A stretch of 64,000 nt of DNA from Trichinella spiralis (taxonomy: Eukaryota), in NCBI RefSeq assembly GCF_000181795.1, contig NW_003526941.1, forward strand, positions 10,096,493 to 10,160,492, given 5' to 3'. The position numbers were made by a program, and so were the translations under genes. The first letter of the stretch is position 1. Each line of letters opens with the position of its first letter. Shown piece after piece: positions 1 to 11,550 of this stretch. The notes below the pieces were generated by a model. That model was not told the origin of the DNA, made no database searches, and saw only the letters and a list, made by a program, of their open reading frames with translations.

Positions 1-1299
1 ACCATATTTTAATAATAAATAAACAATGTGTACAGGATGAAATTTAATATTAAATTAAATTAATCAACCTTATTAAATCACCTATCATCTCGGCAAAGCA
101 TCGAACGAAATGGAAAATACAATTTCAATTCAAAATTTATCATTCATAAATCGCATCTACTATGATGCATTATTATAACTGAATGATTGTAGTCAAATGT
201 AGAAAAATGAAAATCTATTAAAAATTCTAATTAATTAACTTACATACAAAATTTCAACAAATATCACTATAGACCATTCTCATCTATTTTGAAAAATTAT
301 GCTCATTATCGATTCTCAACTGCATTTATTAAGTAATTACCACTAAAAAAAGAAAAAACTGCCACTTACTACCACAATAAATGCATCGTCTTCTCATTGT
401 TGATGTTCATACTACTCTTTCAATGTTGATTGAAAAATTATTTCCATAAATAATAATGAATAATAAAAATCAAATGAACTGTTTGGCATTTAATGTTGGT
501 GGTATGCAGTTAATTTTCCAATCAAAACGCAGTGCTTCCATCCACGGACGGAGTGAAACTAAAATTATTTTCATTAAAGCAATCAAATTCGTATTCAAAT
601 TTTTATTTCATTCATTTCTGCTGATAAATATCACCAGCGCATAATTTTCATTGCTTTATTTATTGACTTAATAATTATTTATTTACTTAAGTAATGCATT
701 GTGTTTGAGAGAAAATTTAACTGTAGCCCTGCCAAACGAAAAAGCAATTCTCGTTGCGGAAGCACTAATTTCATTTCTATTCCTATGTATAATTTAAATA
801 GCGGAAAAGTAAAAAAATGAAATTTATACTTAATTCTTATATTAAATTCTATTAAATACTGGCTTATTATATGAAGAGAGAAAAAGTAATAATTTGATGA
901 AACACTTCAAACAGAGTAACAAATTAAACAATCAATGACAGTTATTTGAAAATTCAAAAATGACCTCGTCATTTACAATTTCAGTCAAAATATTAACTAT
1001 GCGGACAACTTACCCCATAACACAGACCTTGATTTACTTGAAACGCTCCTCCCCATTTTCTCGATTTATGGGGGGCAGATTCAAAAATGATCTTCATTAA
1101 TAGAACGTCTTGGCTGAATGGCTTTTTCAGAAGATATTAAACACCAGGACGGCCAAGGAAAAAACTAATATTTTATCTAATGTTCTTTTGATGATCAAAT
1201 TTTTCAAAAAAATAGACCTTTAAAATAAGAATAAGAATTCCCCTGTAAAAAAACGAACTTTTGATATCTTGCTTTCTAAAACAAAACACTAATCGCTTT
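1..1299. repeat. Inverted duplication, left copy (partner 15411-16680); probably continues beyond the window start
   Basis: Bases 1-60 are the exact reverse complement of 16621-16680. The match is near-perfect to ~1000, then degrades up to the gap (aatcgcttt at 1291-1299 = aaagcgatt at 15411). ORFs 456-644 and 16035-16223 are the two copies of one frame. Confidence 0.95.
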
Positions 1300-1309
1300 N
1301 NNNNNNNNN

Positions 1310-1545
1310 TCAAATATTGTGCTATAAATTTCCTGGGGGATAGCCTAAGGGCATATGCAAATTTTTATTTGCCCTGGGGCATAGCCTAAGGGCAAAGCCT
1401 GGGGCTATATTTTAAAAAATTCGAAATTTTCAGAATTTTGCCTGAGGCATAGCCTAAGGCGTAGCCTTAGGGCAAATAAAAATTTGCATATTACCCACAG
1501 GCGATTAAAAATTTGCATATTTTATTAAATAAATCGCCTCAGGCT
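1310..1545. repeat. Palindromic ~224-bp repeat unit (MITE-like/satellite) with 23-bp perfect inverted repeats
   Basis: atatgcaaatttttatttgccct (1353-1375) pairs with agggcaaataaaaatttgcatat (1469-1491). The interior has 12-bp periodic GCCTNAGGC units. The same unit occurs at 23391-23776. Confidence 0.9.
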
Positions 1546-1584
1546 TTTTAAAATTTGTAATTTCAATATTCACATGTACATTCA

Positions 1585-1901
1585 CCCTAATCACTACTTA
1601 CCTTTGCACTTACACTTACCTTCACCCTAAACACTACTTACCTTTACACTTATACTTACCTTCACACTTACCTTTACAGTTATACTTACCTTCACCCTAA
1701 ACACTACATACCTTCACCCTTATACTTACCTTCATAATTATACTTGACTTCACCCTATACAATATTTGCCTTCACACTTCACACTACCTGCCTTCACCTA
1801 TGCAGTATTCACCTTCACATTTATACTTACCTTCACACCTATTCTTACCTGACTTGCCCTTAACTATTAGACTACTTACCTATTTATCTTCATACTTACC
1901 C
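1585..1901 (-). repeat. Minisatellite array of 5' splice-site consensus motifs (GGTAAGT on the minus strand)
   Basis: Ten exact ACTTACC copies on the + strand (~1596, 1614, 1636, 1654, 1666, 1684, 1724, 1825, 1874, 1894) plus variants, in units of roughly 12-22 bp. Confidence 0.85.
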
Positions 1902-3300
1902 ATAGTCTGCTTCCTTGTCTTTTTAGACTTTAGTTTTTAGACACTACGCTATTTACTTAGCCATGTTGCCTTTAACTGACTCTCTGAATCCATAACTAAA
2001 ATGAATTCTTACATAAACCAAAATGAAATCTTGAAAACACTGTAAACAATAATTATAAAAAATTATAAAAAGCAATTATTATGAAAAAATTATGAAAAGC
2101 AAAATTATAAAAACCTAAAAAACTAAAAGTTTACACTTTACAACTTTCATAGTTTATAAAAGTAAAATGTACATACGTTGCCAAACTGAGCGGCATCAAC
2201 TGGTAGTGCTGTGATGACGTATTACGTATCTTTGTAAAAAAACGTGATTACGTGATTACGTATCTTTGTAAAAAAAACATGTTCAATAACGGATAGTTAC
2301 CAAAGAATGCAGCAATTTCATTCATTTATATCTAAACTTAATTTGATTCAGAAAATATCTGCAAAACAAGTGTGCTGAAAAGTAAAGCATGTTAAACAAA
2401 ATTGATATAATTGAAGACAAACAACAGTGCATCGTGCTAACAGAAAAACTACTTGCTAGTCATACAACATTTGTCCTTCAGGATGCAAACATCTCAACAG
2501 CTACGCGCTGAAATTTTCAATTAAACATCTTAAGCATGTGATAAGCAACACCCCAGTGTGAACACTATCACTCATCAATAAAAAACAAAATCTCTACTTA
2601 CAAAATACTAAAACTTACCTACTCACATAATACTCTACAAAAATACTCACCAAGCGCACTGATGGCAACACGCACTACCAGATTTGTATGATGTATCCGA
2701 AAACCAGTGCAAATCGACTATATTCACGATATATGCTACTATCACAATCATTATATCGTACGCCTGTGATAAGCGAAGCCACACAGATTTCTGGACCAAT
2801 ACTGGGTAACGCCATTAAGCCCACCTAAACTAACGCAGGAGTATGAACGAGCTCGATGTCGATGATGCAATCCATTCCTATAATGGGCAAAATGTGTACT
2901 TTATTTTTGTGATGGCACATTTAGAACGCATTGAGGCAAAGGTGACATACCATGTTGGCAAGAGCAACAGGAATTCCAAAACGTTTCAATTATATGTTGA
3001 CGCACACTATTTAATTCGATAACATGAAGCATACAGAATCAAGTATAAGTGGAATTAGAATACATCAATAATAGTAACAGATTATAGATACTCAATTACT
3101 TACAGATTTTTGTACATCTTTTCAATCCATTCAGGGAAACCTGAACCACCATTAGAGAAAGATATTCAAGTTTATAGAAATAGTTCCACTGCACTGACAC
3201 AACCCATTGCTATAACAAAGTGCATAAAATTCATTCTTACTGTAATGATGAAGAAAACCAGAAAGCGGAACTGTTGAGACACATGACTGATCACGGTAGA
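1902..3300. repeat. Diverged arm, inverted homologue of ~21170-23080
   Basis: Largely colinear reverse-complement blocks: 2405-2530 vs 22820-22935 (tataattgaagac..., cagctacgcgctgaaatttt), 2650-2690 vs 22165-22212 (cgcactga..gcaaca.gcac.acca), 2766-2990 vs 21910-22101, 3090-3120 vs ~21810-21835, 3262-3290 vs ~21190-21225. Confidence 0.75.
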
Positions 3301-4119
3301 AACATGAACAGAGCAAAAGTCAAACTAAAAAATAGATACTAAACACACAGACGAAACATAAAAACACAGAGAAATAAAACATTGGATTACAAAATGAATG
3401 AAATAAAGCGCACGTAACGTAATAAACAGAACAGAAATATAGTTGCATTACGTACTTGATGATATACCGATGAAGACTGTTCAGCAAAAAATAAAGTTGA
3501 AATTATTTAAGTAATTTGTCATATAAAAAGAATATTTTTTACCTACACTATTGTACCTACACTGTCCATTTTATAAATAGGAAAGAGAAAAAGGAATAAA
3601 TTTTATAAATTTCTAATGTAAAATTCAAATTTCAAATTTACTAAAATCAAAGGCAACCAATCTACAATATTACTTACATTACGTTGCACGTACGAATGCA
3701 ATAACAGACGTGCTGCTGATGGCGTTGCTAACTTACAATCTAAATATCTCGCAAATAATCGTTTTGCGTAACTGCTTGTTGGCCATCATTTTTATTGAAA
3801 TTTCACGGGAATAAACAAGATTGCAAATCAACAGCAGATGAAAATAATTATGATGCATAGTGGCATGATAGGATTTTTTACCTTCATTGATATGAAAATA
3901 AAATAATGTAAATTCTAAAAGNNNNNNNNNNGAAGAATTTTTGTAATCATTGCGAAAACGGCTATAAAGATGATAAACCCAAGCAAAGGTATCTAAAAAA
4001 ATATGAAATTAATAAGTAGGCTATTTTTGTTTACAGCTGTTTTTATAAGAAAACATAAATTTTAACAAATGAAAAGCTAGAATTGAGCTCGCTCGTTTGA
4101 TAAATTGACAAAAATAGCG

Positions 4120-5088
4120 TCACAACATACTGTAAAAATTTATCAGCAGTAAGGTGAAATCCATCTCTTCAACAACACTCGCTTCCATCATTTTCAGTAG
4201 ATTGTTGATTTCACGTTCACTTAAATACATAGCATTTGAACAGTTGCATGGGTACATTTCATTTTCAGGGCAAGATTTTCCATATGGCATTTCCGGTGCA
4301 GTTTCGTAAAAGTATCTCAATTCTTCGATGCATTTAGTTGTGTCACTGTTGTTAGATATTTGTTGGAAACGGCAAGGAACGGTTCTGGAATAAAATTTAC
4401 AATTTTGATACGGTTCGTGAATGCAGAAATATCCGTCCCATTGGCTGTCATCTGCACAGTCGATCAATTTCGATTTCAATTCTTGAACATTCTTTTTCCC
4501 TTTGCGAACGGTCGTTATTTGGCAAAAGAATTTTTCCTCCGTATGACTCAGTGCCCATTGAATACTTTCATGTTCAATATTGTATAGTGCATTGCAATTT
4601 TGTATCGGCACGTTCCAATCGAATAAACAAAATTCGGTTTCTGTAATTCGTCCCAACACATTCTCTGACGTATGGTTTATCATGAGCAATGTGACATTTT
4701 TTCCACAACAGTTTTCCAACGATTTTATTACATATTGATCCGAAGTGAGCAGTCGAACTATTCTTCCATAATTCAGTGTTTTCTTTCTTTGATTTGCATA
4801 AATCATTATGCTTTCGTAATTCGACATGCGTCCATTTTTGTAATTCGCCTTGCAATAATTTCCACTAGCGAAAATGTCGTCCAATATTGCTGTTGTTTTT
4901 GTTTTGTTCGCATTTTCTGCATTTTTGTCCACCCAAGTCAAGCATAGACGGGAGTGTTTGCTACCATTCAATGGAATTTCGAATCCGAAAGTTTCATTGT
5001 TTCTGTTTTCATACGGACAGTTGAATGATGCGTACAGAATTCGGACAACCGTAGCGAAATACAGCAGGAAAGAAATTTCAGATTTCAT
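4120..5088 (-). CDS. Orphan Cys-rich secreted/membrane protein (C-type-lectin-like plus TSP1-like modules), paralog of 8978-10551; 3' end uncertain
   Basis: 322-aa ORF with a hydrophobic N-terminus. It aligns with the paralog: YFCIHEPYQNCKFYSRTVPC...KCIEE...PYGKSCP...CNCS vs YICAHRPYFNCDYVSRILPC...RCIEQ...PYGQVCP...CNCS. A donor at 4130 (gtatgt) and a hydrophobic candidate exon 3992-3932 running into the gap suggest a spliced TM end. Confidence 0.8.
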   Translation of the reverse strand: MKSEISFLLYFATVVRILYASFNCPYENRNNETFGFEIPLNGSKHSRLCLTWVDKNAENANKTKTTAILDDIFASGNYCKANYKNGRMSNYESIMIYANQRKKTLNYGRIVRLLTSDQYVIKSLENCCGKNVTLLMINHTSENVLGRITETEFCLFDWNVPIQNCNALYNIEHESIQWALSHTEEKFFCQITTVRKGKKNVQELKSKLIDCADDSQWDGYFCIHEPYQNCKFYSRTVPCRFQQISNNSDTTKCIEELRYFYETAPEMPYGKSCPENEMYPCNCSNAMYLSEREINNLLKMMEASVVEEMDFTLLLINFYSML

Positions 5089-7134
5089 GGTTCTTGTCTA
5101 ACACTAAATATGAGAAGAAAAAAAAATATATATGAGCAGAATGGGAAGAAGCTGTGAAATATAAATTAAGAAATAAGAAGAAAAAAAATTCTTTTTTACC
5201 GTTTCGTGGTAAATTTCTGTAGGCGGGTATTCTCGAGCTGCGAGAGAACAAAATGAATTGGTGTACTGTTTTGAAAGTTCGGCAAACACTTTAAAGTAAA
5301 AAAATTTTAAATTTAAACAAACATAACTTTAAAATAATTTAATTCACTTTTCCATAAGCTGAGGTGAACTGTTTGATTGGCTGCCTGTCATTGGTCAAAT
5401 TTACCGTTAATTAATTGGTTGATCAAAGTGCGGATTGATTTGATTTTTTCATTGACTGTTCAATATTGTAGCTTAGTGTGTTCAATTTGTATTTAAAAAA
5501 AGTAAAAATAAGTATGTATAATGCATGTTATTAGGTCCTTTATTTGACGAAATCAAATGCACAATTGGCAACTTTTCCAAACAAAATCTGAAGTAAAGCA
5601 AAAATAAATTTCACAACTTGAAGTATACTATTATATATATATACAGTGCAACTTTCCGATATGCATTGTATATGTTTAATATCCCAGATGATTATTGTTT
5701 GTGTTGTGAATGTAAACTGATTCATATGTGCAGAGACTTTACTTGTAATGATATGACACAATATCATGCTAAATGTATAACGCACACACAGAGAAGCAAC
5801 GCACTCAAGGAGAACGCAAAAAACTTATACGCACATACATTACTTGAGATAAACTACTGGTCCTACTGTAATGTTCCTGCGTGCTGTTTTTTGTATATAT
5901 TTTGATTTGGAATCGTAATACGTAACAGCTTGCTATTCACTTTTTTCAAAAATATTTCTTTTGTTTATGAATGATTTTGTTTTTTGATGAAAAAATTGCG
6001 CTTATACTCTTGTTAAGCCAGTTTGTAGACTGTAATCAAAAGAGAACAAGTGTTTCCAAATGATAACAAGAGAATGTTTTTCATTAAATAACATTTTCAA
6101 ATAATTAAAAATATTTATTAGGATATGTTGATAAAAATATTTTTATTTTAAATTTATTATCATTTTGTGTTTTCAAATTTTTGTCCGAAATTGAACTTGC
6201 CGTTGATTGGCGTGCGTTTCTTAAATGTATGCTTTGGTCTTCGAGATAAATTTCGCTATCTTTATGGCCACTTGTGTAGCCACTTAGGTAGAATTTAAGT
6301 AACATGTGAACTGAAACAATTGCAATCCACAGACGCCACAAATCTTTCTCGTAATGTATACACTACATGCGTTTGGTCGTTTGATTACATGATTCTGGCT
6401 GAATAGCTGGCATGGTGCCAAGATTTTATATATTTTATATGTAAAAGTGAACTGAAACTTAGTACATGATTTTAAAGTCTTTGATTACGTCTGACTTGCT
6501 CTTTGTTGCTTTGTGTACTGATTGCTGTACCAGTCTGATCATTTACATTGTAAGAAAATTTTGTTAGCTTGTGTTGTGGTTTGATGTTCAAATGGGCTAA
6601 GATTGTGGTGAAAGCTGGTTGGCATTGCGCGAATATCTACATTTGTAAATCAATTTGACGGAGCAATTTGGATTAAGATTCAAATAGCCGCGTTCTAATC
6701 TGTGGAACTTAGGGAATTTGATTTGAAATTGATTATTAAATAGAAAAAAAAACAATGCTATTTCGATAAAATTAATGGTTTTTGTATTCTTATATGTAAC
6801 AATTTTTATGTTGATCATCAAAATAAAGAAATGAGACAGTCATGAGAACGTTCGTAATTAAACTTCAATTTCTTTCATACTGTAGTGTAGGGTGACAAGA
6901 AACCAGTACAGTTGTATGTATCATATGGTAACAGTGTGCTGTTCTTTTTAACTGGATAGTTTGCTCAAAACTTTAGGTAATTTAATGCCGATAATTCACC
7001 TAATCCCATTTTAAATTCCATTTTCACAATGAGCATTTGGTAATTGTATTCCACATTCAAAAAATGTCAGTAATATTAAAATGCACTGTGTGGTAAATTG
7101 CGTTAGAGTTCTGTTGTTATTTTGAGAACGTTGT

Positions 7135-7135
<1 letters not shown>

Positions 7136-7173
<38 letters not shown>
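7136..7173. repeat. (AAT)n microsatellite
   Basis: About 12 tandem AAT units. Similar (TTG)n, (ATT)n, (TG)n and (TACA)n tracts are scattered through introns and intergenic DNA. Confidence 0.9.
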
Positions 7174-7174
<1 letters not shown>

Positions 7175-8020
7175 TTTCACGTATCACAAAAAGGAAAACT
7201 TTAAATGTATATTATATTGAATAGCAAAGTTTTTTTTTCGTCTTGATATTCAGTTTTCGTATGATTTTTTTTATCAAGTATGATAATGTTCAGTTTTTAG
7301 TGTTGTTTATTTTTCTTTTGAATGCATTATTTAGCGTTTTCATACTTTCATCTGCTCGGTTTTATCTTTTTATATTCGGGATGGTGGTAATCGCAGCGAT
7401 TTTTAAAAGTTACTTCTTATTAATAACTAGGTTATGTAGATCAGTATCGCACTTCGAAATAGACTTTCGTTCAATTAGACTGCTGGTTGCTGAAAATTGT
7501 AGTAGTCAAGTCAAAGTGTATCTCGAGCATGATATTCAAAGAAATCTTACGTGGTGATATGATTTAAATCACTACAGTATGAAATTTTGAGCTGTCTGAT
7601 ATTGTTCATGGCTACATGTTGTAGGTTTTGTTTTACCTTGAATGTATAAATATATATGTATGTATATCAATAATTTTTATAAATGTTTTTTGGTTTTAAA
7701 ATCCACTGGCATACTGTTTTGATAAAATACTTTCGTCGGCAAGGAAATTGGTGTAAAAAGTTCAGCTGAACATGCTGTTTACTGGTTTCACTAAGATTTG
7801 TTATTATTTTCATGAGCAAATAAAGTAAAATAAAATATCTTTGAACTTGTTATTAGTATTTCAGTATTCATATTTTGAAATGTATTCACTGGAATAAGGA
7901 GTTGTTTGATTTTTATTTTCAAATCAAGCACGTAGAGCGTTGTGAATAAATTCAACAAATGTCGATTGTTTTAATAATGTATTTTGTTTGTTTTTAGTCA
8001 CTAGTCGGTGTTGGAAATTT

Positions 8021-8500
8021 ATGGCCAAAACATCACCGGATACGGTAGTTTTATCCAATCCATTCGACGATACTCCAACAAAGAAGTGTACAACCCCTAC
8101 AGTTTTGGTTGGGCCCATGCAAGCGAAGCAAGCGCCCGGTTACATGCCGGTCAATTCGATGGCGATGATGATGCAGGTTGAAAATGGTGCCCCTCCGCCG
8201 TTGAATTCGTTGAGTTCACTGTCAGCCCGCGTATATCCGTCCGATCAGCCAATGATTTTCACATCATCCAATCCTAATGCACCTCCAATTTGTCCTTGTG
8301 GAAAATGCCACCGGGAAATACACGACAACGACCAGGCAATTCAGTGCTATCGCGGTTGCAAGTTTTGGTTCCATCGAACGTGTGTCGGTTTATTGGAAGA
8401 AGCGTGGCACATGGTAATCAATGAACCTTATGCTGAATGGGTATGCGATTCGTGCTTAGCAACAAAACAAATACCGTGTGTTATTTTTACAAATTCATGA
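8021..8500 (+). CDS. pygo: Pygopus homolog (NPF-containing N-box plus PHD finger), ~159 aa
   Basis: VVLSNPFDD matches the Pygo NPF motif. The PHD CGKCHREIHDNDQAIQCYRGCKFWFHRTCVGL...AEWVCDSC closely resembles the Pygo PHD. An acceptor tttttag at 7991-7997 precedes ATG 8021. Confidence 0.9.
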   Translation: MAKTSPDTVVLSNPFDDTPTKKCTTPTVLVGPMQAKQAPGYMPVNSMAMMMQVENGAPPPLNSLSSLSARVYPSDQPMIFTSSNPNAPPICPCGKCHREIHDNDQAIQCYRGCKFWFHRTCVGLLEEAWHMVINEPYAEWVCDSCLATKQIPCVIFTNS

Positions 8501-8977
8501 AATAATTTCGTTTGTTTTGATCGGAGTGTAAAACTTTTGAAATTTTTAATTGAGAATTTTGTGCAGCTTAGCTTTTTTGCATGTCATTGTTGAATAGGAG
8601 CGGTTAATATTTGTCAGTTATGGAATTTTAGTTTAAATTTATTTATCAGCTAAAAGTTTGTACTAGCACTGTTATGTTGTGATACTTTTCTTGTTGTAAA
8701 TTAAGCAAAAATAAATTTTTTTTGTTGAGATGATTTTTATTTATTTTAATTTTGTTTCATTTCTTTTTGTTTCAGGTTTGTGTTTTTATAATATATATTT
8801 TTCAAATAATTTCAAATCAAACAATGTTTTTTTGTTTATTTTTATTTAATTTAATTTTATTTTATTTTAATAAATAAAATTTTTATAATAATATTAAAAT
8901 TTATAATAGATAAAGTGAAAGTGATAATAATTGAAATAATTAATCAGTGAACGTATGAAAGAAAGAAATGAAGTTGG

Positions 8978-10551
8978 TCACTCATAGTAGCGTTCGGCCG
9001 AAGTTTGGTCTTGGACAGACTCGACTTGTTTTTTGTACTCTGCCTGTAAAAGAAGAAAATTTAAAATTTTTTCTATGCAAAACTTTGTCAAAACCATAAT
9101 TGATTACCGAATGCATGAATCGTAAATGGTCGAATACGTGGCATCGTTTTTCCACTGGCGTCATATTGACTATTTTTACACTTTTATTCGATCTTACCTA
9201 AAAATTTATAAATAACTGACTGTGACTGATCGACTGGTATTAAATGTTTGATTTTCATGAAGAGAATGTTAAGTAATTGTTTCAAAAGCTGCATAACGTA
9301 CTATTTTTTCATACAGAAATGCGTACAACATGACGATGAAATAAATGATAAGGGCAAAAAGCAAGAAGTTAGTAAGCAGCGACTCTGTTTCTGAAATGAA
9401 ATATTTGAATACACTTTCATCGTGATTGACAACATTTGTTTCTTACCTATTTGACATTTTTTTCCTTTATTTGAGGGTCTACACCAGCAGAATATTGATC
9501 CATCTGGTCTGTAATGCAGCTGTCCCTCATTTTGACAGATTGGTGGTTGGTCGTTTAAATTGAGAGTGACCGCTTTTGAACAGTTGCATTCGGCCGTTTT
9601 ATTTGTTGGACATACTTGACCGTACGGTTTTTCATTGAATCTCCATATATAATAATTGGTTTGTTCGATGCATCGGTCACTGTTATTCACTCGGTGGCAA
9701 GGGAGTATGCGTGACACGTAATCGCAATTGAAATAGGGACGGTGTGCGCAGATGTATTCATCCTGTTTTTCAAGAACTTCTGAACATGGTTCGAACCACG
9801 ACTTAGTCACATCAACGATTCCATCTGATGCTTCCAATTTCGCCATTCCACAGTATGACACGGCATTTTTGCTCATTTTTAATAATTCAGTCCGACTCGC
9901 CAGTCTGGGGTCTATGGCATCACAGTTACCTTCTCCTGTGCTTTTGTTGTAATAACAACTCTTCTCCCTGAACGCCATCTTTCCGTTCTTTATCTCACTG
10001 TGGTACATTGAGAAATATTCAATCAAGCTTCCATTAATAAGTTTTAGCACGGGTCCTGTGACCAGACTGACAACATCTGCCGTTACGATTGTCTTGGTGA
10101 CGTTTTCTGGAAAGCTTCCCTGGTCAATAATGTGATCAGTTAACAGTTTAAGAGGTGAAACTCTCCCGTTTGGGAACATTTCCAAACAAGCGTCACTTTC
10201 TGCTTGAAACCATTTCAGAGTTTTAGATCGATCTCGAGCCTTTGAATTGGATTTCACTTTGAACGTCAGGCAGTAGTCGTGGGATTTGTTGTATAATCCG
10301 AGCTTGAGTGGTTCCATGCCAATAATGTTCTCAGCGACTTTGTGGGGACACACATTTTGGTCCACCACTTGCGACGAGGCTACCGAACAACATAACAGTC
10401 CAATCAACCAAAAACAGAGTAGGATTTCTTGTCTGAAACATGGTTCACATTAGTCAAAATTCAAATTATTCCACCAAATCAATGAACAAGGTTAGTTCAT
10501 CTTTGAACAGTGTCGTCAATGCCCGTTTGCCATTGCTTACCTTTTCAGCAT
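8978..10551 (-). CDS. Orphan type I membrane protein: signal peptide, C-type-lectin-like, TSP1-like and EGF modules, TM helix, cytoplasmic tail (~413 aa, 5 exons)
   Basis: Phase-consistent exons 10551-10541, 10432-9447, 9390-9302, 9197-9108, 9043-8978. Signal peptide MLKRQEILLCFWLIGLLCCSVASS; EGF-like CQNEGQ...CWCRPSNKGKKCQ; TM LLTNFLLFALIIYFIVMLYAFLY; tail ends ERYYE*. Lectin and TSP1 labels come from Cys spacing only. Confidence 0.85.
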
Positions 10552-11550
10552 AGTTGGAAAGCGCATAAACAGAGGAGCACACGACATACCAAGGCAGGTA
10601 CTTCGCAAAGAATGAAAGAAATTCGCACAAACGCGCATATATATACTCTGGATTGTTATTTAATTTAAAGTTAAAATTTTAAAGTGAATGTTTGTTTAAA
10701 TTTAAACAATTGTCAGCGCATTTTTAGGCTCATCTTTTTGACCAATCAGGAGTGACCAATGAAATCAATCCGACTTTTTTCAACTCAAATTTTTCAGGTA
10801 ATGAAAATAAACTCTACGGAATGATGAATTTTTACCCATAAAATGATTCAAGATATTGGGCAACAATTGAATGGAAGAAAAAAAAGCAAACTTTTGGAAT
10901 ATTTCAAAAACAATTTTTATACCATGAACATTTAGTGAATAGAAGAATGTTGGAAATAATTGAACTTGGTTGCCAAAATTTAAAACGTATAAAATACAAC
11001 TTGATTTAGAAAAAATTAAACGCCTTAACATACTGGTAAACTTGATGCTAAACTGCTGAGGGAAAGAATGAATGCGTAAACGAAGCGGATATGATAAAAA
11101 GTTTCGCTTTTATTAAACGTGAACATCAATTGTGTGCAAATACGGTAGTTGGATGTATCAAAAATTAATTTATTATCAAAATGCAAATATAAGTAATTAA
11201 AAAACTAAAGTTACGTTTTATTAGTATTTTTTTTATTTCATAATTATTTGTCTAAAATTCACCATTCAATAATATTCAGAATTTTTTGTCTAAAGAACGT
11301 AATTTTTGGCGCATAAAAATTTAGTTTTGATTTTCCGGCGAGTTCAGTTCAGTTCAGTTTGGATTTTGTATTATTTTAGTCGAATAATAATTAAATTTCA
11401 AATGCAAACTATTTATTTTATTTTACTTGTTTTCTTAATTACTGTACACACATTACTGTAAGACATTTGATAATTGAAATGGGTTAGATTGCTACATTAT
11501 TGTTTGTTGTGATTGTCTTACGGCACGGTTTGCTCAATTAAAAGGTTGCA

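Noticed and set aside
456..644. 62-aa ORF duplicated at 16035-16223
   Set aside because: The identity just reflects the recent DNA duplication. The sequence is AT-rich with no domain or splice support.
1585..1901. CRISPR-like array or U1 snRNA gene (ATACTTACCT repeats)
   Set aside because: Eukaryotic context, short related spacers and no cas genes. No U1 body or Sm site follows the 5'-end-like motif.
6105..6341. 78-aa ORF with a signal-peptide-like start
   Set aside because: It starts at TTG with an in-frame stop shortly upstream, and I found no consistent exon chain.
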